A DNA stretch of 64,000 bases from Gemmatimonadaceae bacterium. GTDB taxonomy: Bacteria; Gemmatimonadota; Gemmatimonadetes; Gemmatimonadales; Gemmatimonadaceae. Both the position numbers and the translations under genes were made by a program. Positions within the stretch are counted from its first letter, which is position 1. Every line of letters starts with the position of its first letter. The notes beneath the pieces are model-generated. The model saw only the letters and a list, made by a program, of their open reading frames with translations, was not told the DNA's origin and ran no database searches. The DNA lies in NCBI GenBank assembly GCA_051859245.1, contig JBHYGA010000006.1, forward strand, positions 96,001-160,000, given 5' to 3'. Of the stretch, positions 57,778 to 64,000 are shown one piece after another.

Positions 57778-58951
57778 CGCGCCGGCGCGCCTGTCCGCAT
57801 TCGCGATTGCGAGTCCAGGCCTCGCCGAGCTCGTCGCCGCCGAGTTACGTACCCTTGACATTGTTGTATCCAACGTAGAACCAGCGGGCGTCGCGTTCGA
57901 GGCAACGCACGAAGAGTTGTTCCGTGTGAACTGCTGGTCGCGCCTTGCGTCGCGCGTGATTGTGCGTCTCGATCGGTTCGACGCGCGCGACTTTGCCACC
58001 CTCGAAAAACGATCGCAACGAGTGCCGTGGTCGCAGGTGCTCGCGCCCGGCGACACGGCTGAGCTGTCGGTGACATGTCGCAAGTCTCGCCTCTATCACT
58101 CGGACGCGGTGGCCGAACGGGTTGCGCGTGGCATCGAGCGAGGGTTGCCTGGTGTGCGCACAGCTGCTGCACGCGGTGAAGACGATGATGTCACACCGAG
58201 CGCGCCTGTCACTGCGGGATCGCGAACACAGCGCATTCTTGTTCGACTTGATCACGATGTCTGCACCATTTCGGCCGACGCATCGGGCGAACTACTGCAC
58301 CGACGCGGCTGGCGACTCGATTCAGGCAAGGCACCGCTGCGCGAAACGCTGGCCGCGGCGCTATTGGTGGCCGCTGGTTGGCCAAGCGATGCACCGCTCG
58401 TCGATCCCATGTGCGGCGCCGGTACGATTGCTATTGAAGCGGCGCTGGTGGCGCGCAACATGGCGCCCGGTCTCTCACGCACGTACTCGTGCGAGTTCTG
58501 GCCGCGTGTTGATGTCGCAATCGCCACGCGTGTTCGTGCAGACGCACGACGCGCCGTTCAGAATGCGCCCGCCGTGATTGTGGCTGGTGATCGCGATGCC
58601 GGTGCGATTGAGGCCACGCGAACCAATGCGGAGCGCGCGGGCGTGCTAGACGCGCTCACGATTGTGCATCAGCCGCTCTCCGATATTGATCTCGCGCAGT
58701 ACGGCGCGCGCGGCTGGGTCGTCACAAATCCGCCATACGGCATTCGCACGGGCAACGTGGACACCCTGCACGCGTTGTGGGGACGTCTCGGTGCGGTGCT
58801 GCGAGCGGGTGGGCCTGGCTGGACGCTGGGTGTGGTGGTGCCAGACGCGTCGCTCGCCAAGGAAATCCGCGTTCCGCTTGATCGCGTGGTGTCCACGAGC
58901 ACCGGCGGTCGAAACGTGAGCTTTTCGCGCTCGCGCGTCAGGGCGCGCTGA
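57755..58951 (+). CDS. THUMP-domain RNA methyltransferase (RlmL-like)
   Basis: [46 protein letters not shown]. Confidence 0.88.
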   Translation: MASRSESSAPARLSAFAIASPGLAELVAAELRTLDIVVSNVEPAGVAFEATHEELFRVNCWSRLASRVIVRLDRFDARDFATLEKRSQRVPWSQVLAPGDTAELSVTCRKSRLYHSDAVAERVARGIERGLPGVRTAAARGEDDDVTPSAPVTAGSRTQRILVRLDHDVCTISADASGELLHRRGWRLDSGKAPLRETLAAALLVAAGWPSDAPLVDPMCGAGTIAIEAALVARNMAPGLSRTYSCEFWPRVDVAIATRVRADARRAVQNAPAVIVAGDRDAGAIEATRTNAERAGVLDALTIVHQPLSDIDLAQYGARGWVVTNPPYGIRTGNVDTLHALWGRLGAVLRAGGPGWTLGVVVPDASLAKEIRVPLDRVVSTSTGGRNVSFSRSRVRAR

Positions 58952-59129
58952 CGCCCTCGGCGCTTTTGCCCATGCGGCATTTGTCGCTGCAATAACGCAC
59001 CGATTCCCAGTCGCGCGCCCACTTGCGGCGCCAGCTGAACGGCCGATTGCAGCGCGCGCACACGCGCGTGGCGCGTTCGCTCGGCGTTTGCGCTTTTCCA
59101 GGGGCGTTCGCGTGTGGGCGTCTCGGCAT
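58938..59129 (-). CDS. DUF2256 family small Cys-rich protein
   Basis: [29 protein letters not shown]. Confidence 0.85.
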   Translation of the reverse strand: MPRRPHANAPGKAQTPSERATRVCARCNRPFSWRRKWARDWESVRYCSDKCRMGKSAEGVSAP

Positions 59130-59282
59130 GGCCGCTCTCAAGCGCTTGGCGTGGGCGGCGGGTTCCCGGAACGCCATCGTCTGTGCCACGCACCGTTACA
59201 TCCCAGCTCGCCACGCATTACAGCGCTGGCCTGCGTGTGGCGCAGGGATTCCCTTCACGCCCCAAAACACGCACTCTCAAGG

Positions 59283-60713
59283 GTGACTTCTCCCGACCGC
59301 CGCCCCGATTTCGAGCCTGATGATGTCAGCGGCTCGTTCGAGATTGAGCTGCCCAGCGACCCGCTGGGCCTCGATCTCGACGAGGCGCCGGCTGGTTATC
59401 CCGCCGATCTTCCGTATCCGCCGCGCCCGCGCACCTGGGAGAGTCCGGCACGTTATGGGCATCGGCCGCGCGCCATCCCGTCTGAGCGTGTGGGCGAAAT
59501 CGATGCGTTCCGGCAGATTGCGCACAGTCTGGCGGCGGGCACCGACTCCTCGACGGTGCTGCAGGTGCTTTGCGAAGCCGCCATGGATCAGGGCCGCTCG
59601 AGTGGGGCGATGGTGGCCGAGGTTACGCCTGAGGGCGGGCGTTTTGTGGCGTGTACCGGCATTGTGTCCGATCTGGCTGGTACCGCGTTTCCACTCGCCG
59701 GCTCGGTGACGTCACGCGTGGTCGCGACGCGCGCCGCGATCGCCGTGGAGACGATGCGCGAGAGCTCGCCGTTCTTTGAGTCGCTACTCGGTCAGCGTGG
59801 TGTCGGGCCGGCCCTCGTGGTGCCGCTGATTGCGCACGAGGCGTTTCTTGGTGTGCTGATCGTGACGCGTCGCGTGGACACGCCCGTGTTCGATTCGCAG
59901 GACGAAAGCCGGCTGTCGACCGTTGCTGATCTGGCGTCGCTTGGCCTCTGGAAGGCGCGTCTGCTCGAAGAAGCGCGCGACGCCGACGCGGCCAAAACGG
60001 CCTTCCTGGCCACATTGTCGCACGAGCTGCGTACGCCGATGGCCGCTGTCGAAGGGTACAGCGAGCTGCTCGAAGACGAAATTCTCGGCCCGCTTGTGCC
60101 GGCGCAGCGCGACGTGCTCACGAACCTGCGCGCCGTGAGCCGTCATCTCGGTGCGCTGATCGAGGAGATTCTTACCTTTGCTTCCCTCGAAGCGGATCGG
60201 CTCGTACCTCGGCTGGCGGCTGCGCGATTGGACGAACTCTGCGATTCGCTGCACCCGATTCTCGCACCACTGGCGCGCGAGAAGGGGATCACGCTGCGCT
60301 TTGACGTTGCTCCCGGGCTGCCACTGGTCCATACCGACGAAGACCGTGTGCGTCAGATCCTGCTCAATCTGAGCGCGAACGCCATCAAGTTCACTGACGT
60401 CGGTGAGGTCACGATTCGTGTGTCGCAGAGCGCGAGCAGTGATCCCGACGGTTCGATCTCGGCGCGCGACGACGTGCCCAGTGTGTACCTCGAAGTGAAA
60501 GACACCGGAATTGGCATTTCGGCGGCGGATCTGGCGCGCTTGTTCAAGCCCTTTTCGCAGGTGGACGACGGGCCGACGCGGCGACACAAAGGGACCGGTC
60601 TCGGTCTGTATATCTCCCGCCGCTTGGCGGAGCTGCTTGGTGGTCGGATCGACGTGCTCTCGCGCCCAGGTGAGGGCTCCACGTTTACGCTCGTGATTCC
60701 GGTTGGCAGTTAA
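59283..60713 (+). CDS. GAF-domain histidine kinase
   Basis: GAF (LVVPL...GVL...F); FLATLSHELRTP; QILLNLSANAIKFT; DTGIGI; GTGLGL. Start uncertain. Confidence 0.88.
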   Translation: MTSPDRRPDFEPDDVSGSFEIELPSDPLGLDLDEAPAGYPADLPYPPRPRTWESPARYGHRPRAIPSERVGEIDAFRQIAHSLAAGTDSSTVLQVLCEAAMDQGRSSGAMVAEVTPEGGRFVACTGIVSDLAGTAFPLAGSVTSRVVATRAAIAVETMRESSPFFESLLGQRGVGPALVVPLIAHEAFLGVLIVTRRVDTPVFDSQDESRLSTVADLASLGLWKARLLEEARDADAAKTAFLATLSHELRTPMAAVEGYSELLEDEILGPLVPAQRDVLTNLRAVSRHLGALIEEILTFASLEADRLVPRLAAARLDELCDSLHPILAPLAREKGITLRFDVAPGLPLVHTDEDRVRQILLNLSANAIKFTDVGEVTIRVSQSASSDPDGSISARDDVPSVYLEVKDTGIGISAADLARLFKPFSQVDDGPTRRHKGTGLGLYISRRLAELLGGRIDVLSRPGEGSTFTLVIPVGS

Positions 60714-60763
60714 GCGCCTGCATCGCGCAAGTCGCGTGTCGTCCCGTTAGATTCAAGCGCACT

Positions 60764-63553
60764 ATGCGTGCACAACCCACTACTACCGCGTTCAACGACG
60801 GCGTGATCGCCGAGCAGTTCGAACGCTACCGTCAGGATCCCTCCAGCGTCGACGAAAGCTGGCGCCAGTATTTCCGTACCGCCGAATCGCTGTTCGGCAG
60901 CGGAGCACCTCCGGCAGCGAGCGCCGCGCCTGGCACGGCGGACGTTGCGTATCTGCGCAAGGTTGCGGCCGCCTCATCGCTGGTGCAGGCAATTCGCAAC
61001 TACGGTCACCTTGCCGTGCAGGTCGACCCACTCGGATCACCGCCCAGTGGCGCGATCGAGTTGACGCCGGAATTCCATGGCATCACGGAAGCCGATCTCT
61101 CGCTGATTCCCGGCACGGCGATTGATGACGAGCGTTTTGAAAACGTGACCGCGGCGGAAGTGGTCGCGCGCAAGCGTGAGGTGTACACGCGCTCGCTCGG
61201 TCTCGAAGTGTGGCACATTGAAAACGATGACGAACGCAACTGGTTCCGTGCGCAGTTTCGTTCGGGACACATTGTACGGCCGCTCAGCGTGGAAGAAAAG
61301 AAAGCGGTGCATCGCCGGCTGTGCGAAGTAGACGGACTTGAGCGCTTTCTCGGACGCGCGTACACCGGCTACAAGCGCTTTTCCATCGAAGGCACAGACG
61401 CGTTGGTGCCGATTCTCGACGAAATCATTGCGGAATCCGTGCAGGCTGGCGCGCGCGAAGTCGTGATTGGCATGGCGCACCGTGGGCGCTTGAATGTGCT
61501 CACCAACGTGATGGGCAAGCCGTACGAAGCGCTGTTCGCGGAGTTTGAAGGCCGTCATAAAACCGGCGGTGAAGCGGGTACCGGTGACGTGAAGTATCAC
61601 CTCGGATTTGAAGGCCAGAAGCGTTTGCTCGGCCGCGATGTGATGCTGCGTCTGGTGCCGAACCCGTCACACCTTGAAGTGGTGAACCCGGTACTCGAAG
61701 GCGTGGCACGTGCTCATCAGCGCGTGCGCGGCGAAGCGCCTGGTACGCGCGATGAACTCTCCGTGGTGCCGGTGTGCATTCACGGTGACGCGGCGTTTCC
61801 CGGTGAAGGTGTGGTCGCGGAAACGTTCAATATTTCCGCGCTTAACGCGTATCGCACCGGTGGCACGATTCACGTGATCGTGAACAACCAGGTGGGCTTC
61901 ACCACCGATCCGAGCGACGCACGCAGCACGTACTACTCGTCCGATCTCGCGAAGGGTTTTGAAGTTCCGATTTTCCACGTGAATGGCGACGACGCCGAAG
62001 CATGCATTAAAGCCGTGCGTTTGGCGTGCGCGTATCGCACGCGTTTCCGCAAAGATGTGTTGATTGACCTGGTGGGTTACCGTCGCCACGGTCACAACGA
62101 AGGTGACGAACCCACGTACACGCAGCCGGCGTTGTATCAGCGCATCAAGGCGCACCCCACCGTGCCGCAGGCGTGGGCGCAGCGTCTGGCTGCCGAAGGG
62201 GTGTTGAGCGCAGATGAAGCTGCGGCTGTTGAGAATCAGGTGATGAGCGCGTACGCCGAGCGTCACACGGCGTTCAAGGCGTCACTTGCCGGTTCCGAGT
62301 CGCACGCGCCGTGGCCGGAAGAGCCGGCAGAGACGCCTCGGCCAGTCGTTACTGAAGTGCAAGCCGAGCGATTGATTGCGATTAACGAAGCGTTGCTACG
62401 TTGGCCCGCTGATTTCACCGCGCATCCACGCCTCGCCAAACAGTTGGAGCGTCGGCGTGAAGCGATGGGCCCCGATGGTGGCATTGATTGGGGACATGCC
62501 GAAGCGCTGGCGTTTGGTTCGCTCATTAGCGAAGGCGTATCGATTCGTCTGACGGGGCAGGACGCGGAGCGTGGCACCTTCTCACATCGTCACAGCGTGC
62601 TCAATGATGTCGAGACGGGGCGCAAGTACGCGCCGCTTGCGCATCTGCCGGGCGCGGCCGCGGCGTTCGAAGTGTACAACTCGGCGCTCAGTGAAATGGC
62701 CATTCTCGGATTCGAGTATGGTTACAGCACCGCTGCGCCTGACACCCTGGTGCTGTGGGAAGCGCAGTTCGGTGATTTTGTGAACGTGGCGCAGCCCATC
62801 ATTGATCAGTTCATCATTGCTGACCGTGCCAAGTGGGGACAGGATTCCGGTGTCGTGCTGTTGCTGCCGCACGGTTACGAAGGACAGGGGCCCGAGCATT
62901 CGAGTGCACGACTGGAGCGTTTTCTGCAATCGGCTGCTGAAGGCAACATGAGCATCGCGTATCTCACCACGCCGGCGCAGTATTTTCACATGCTCCGTCG
63001 TCAGGCGTTGCGTAAACCGCGTCGTCCGCTAGTGCTGATGCAGCCGAAGTCCATGCTGCGATTGCCGCAGGCGGCGTCAAAACTGGTGGAGTTGTCAAAC
63101 GCGGGCTTCATGCCCGTGATCGACGATCCGATCGCGTCGCAGCGTCGTGATGAAGTGCGTCGCATTGTGTTCTGCAGCGGCAAGATCTACTACGACATGG
63201 CGCTGAGTGAAAAGCGTCATGCTGGTGTGGCCATTGTTCGCGTGGAAGAGCTCTACCCGTGGCCGCACGCCGAGATTCAGCGCGTGATGGATTTGTATCC
63301 CGCGATTGAAGAAGTGGTGTGGGCGCAGGAAGAACCCAAAAACATGGGTGCGTGGACGTTTGTGCAGCCGCGCCTTCGCGTGTCGGCCGGCGCAACCGTT
63401 GGCGTGCGATACATTGGCCGACCGGAACGCGCGAGTCCCGCTGAAGGCTATACCGATGCACATAATGTGGAGCAGGCGCGCATTGTACATGCCGCGCTCA
63501 ATGTGAGTGAAGTGGCAGCGGAGCCGCGCGCTCAGGCACATACCGGACAGTGA
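60764..63553 (+). CDS. sucA: 2-oxoglutarate dehydrogenase E1
   Basis: [71 protein letters not shown]. Confidence 0.97.
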   Translation: MRAQPTTTAFNDGVIAEQFERYRQDPSSVDESWRQYFRTAESLFGSGAPPAASAAPGTADVAYLRKVAAASSLVQAIRNYGHLAVQVDPLGSPPSGAIELTPEFHGITEADLSLIPGTAIDDERFENVTAAEVVARKREVYTRSLGLEVWHIENDDERNWFRAQFRSGHIVRPLSVEEKKAVHRRLCEVDGLERFLGRAYTGYKRFSIEGTDALVPILDEIIAESVQAGAREVVIGMAHRGRLNVLTNVMGKPYEALFAEFEGRHKTGGEAGTGDVKYHLGFEGQKRLLGRDVMLRLVPNPSHLEVVNPVLEGVARAHQRVRGEAPGTRDELSVVPVCIHGDAAFPGEGVVAETFNISALNAYRTGGTIHVIVNNQVGFTTDPSDARSTYYSSDLAKGFEVPIFHVNGDDAEACIKAVRLACAYRTRFRKDVLIDLVGYRRHGHNEGDEPTYTQPALYQRIKAHPTVPQAWAQRLAAEGVLSADEAAAVENQVMSAYAERHTAFKASLAGSESHAPWPEEPAETPRPVVTEVQAERLIAINEALLRWPADFTAHPRLAKQLERRREAMGPDGGIDWGHAEALAFGSLISEGVSIRLTGQDAERGTFSHRHSVLNDVETGRKYAPLAHLPGAAAAFEVYNSALSEMAILGFEYGYSTAAPDTLVLWEAQFGDFVNVAQPIIDQFIIADRAKWGQDSGVVLLLPHGYEGQGPEHSSARLERFLQSAAEGNMSIAYLTTPAQYFHMLRRQALRKPRRPLVLMQPKSMLRLPQAASKLVELSNAGFMPVIDDPIASQRRDEVRRIVFCSGKIYYDMALSEKRHAGVAIVRVEELYPWPHAEIQRVMDLYPAIEEVVWAQEEPKNMGAWTFVQPRLRVSAGATVGVRYIGRPERASPAEGYTDAHNVEQARIVHAALNVSEVAAEPRAQAHTGQ

Positions 63554-64000
63554 TGATGCGCTCCATGCAGCATGCAGTACGAAGCGCCGCGGCTCTTGCC
63601 GCGGCGCTTGTCGTGTACGGCTCAACCGTGCACGCACAAGGACCACGCCGGCCCGCACCATCGCGCGGTGTGTTCACGGCGCCCTCGCCAGGTGAACCTG
63701 GGCAGGTCGTGGTGCAACCACGTGAGCTCGGTGCCGCCGCACTCGGATCGGCGCTGCAATCGTTGGGAACCACGGCGCGCGTCCTCATGATTGCCGCGCA
63801 TCCGGACGACGAAGACACGCCGATTATTTCGTGGCTCGCGCGTGGACGGCAGGTGGAAACGGCGTATCTCTCGCTGACGCGAGGCGACGGTGGGCAAAAT
63901 CTGATCGGCAACGAGCTCGGTGATCAGCTTGGTGTGATTCGCACCGAGGAGTTGCTGGCCGCCCGGCGACTGGATGGTGGTCGACAATATTTCACGCGCG
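63553..64000 (+). CDS. Secreted PIG-L family deacetylase (3' truncated)
   Basis: Not in the ORF track because there is no stop in the window. My translation gives a signal peptide, then [37 protein letters not shown]. Confidence 0.88.
   Translation, partial: MMRSMQHAVRSAAALAAALVVYGSTVHAQGPRRPAPSRGVFTAPSPGEPGQVVVQPRELGAAALGSALQSLGTTARVLMIAAHPDDEDTPIISWLARGRQVETAYLSLTRGDGGQNLIGNELGDQLGVIRTEELLAARRLDGGRQYFTR

Overview
High-GC bacterial chromosomal segment. Gene content and style suggest Gemmatimonadota (Gemmatimonas-like), which is an inference and not verified. The core (about 7.8-41.9 kb) is a late-flagellar and chemotaxis locus. It holds an orphan sigma54 NtrC-family activator, a SAM methyltransferase and flgL-fliW. 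Next comes an ~18 kb surface-glycan island with six glycosyltransferases, a TPR-GT fusion, rmlA/rmlB/wecE and two AsnB-like amidotransferases. It is followed by a very short flagellin (251 aa), fliD-fliS-fliT-like-orf, flgM-cheY-cheZ-like and cheA-W-R-D-Y-X-B. The most notable signals are non-coding. (i) The two arms of the glycan island are driven from a symmetric divergent region with back-to-back sigma54-like promoters, IHF-like AT tracts and two perfect CGGCAA-N3-TTGCCG palindromes of the FlrC/FlbD enhancer type. (ii) Four sigma28-like promoters lie before flgL, fliC, flgM and cheA; three have a TCAA -35 variant. (iii) The fliC leader carries two CANGGANG CsrA-type sites, one in a hairpin loop and one over the Shine-Dalgarno; with fliW this implies a FliW-CsrA-flagellin switch. 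Together these suggest a flagellar-hierarchy-controlled flagellin glycosylation system. The flanks hold DUF1800/DUF1501, small lipoproteins, a kinase-M23-aminotransferase fusion, several histidine kinases, sufE/CDGSH, msrPQ, a PAS-GGDEF-EAL protein, sucA and a partial PIG-L deacetylase. No rRNA, tRNA, CRISPR array or mobile element was recognised.
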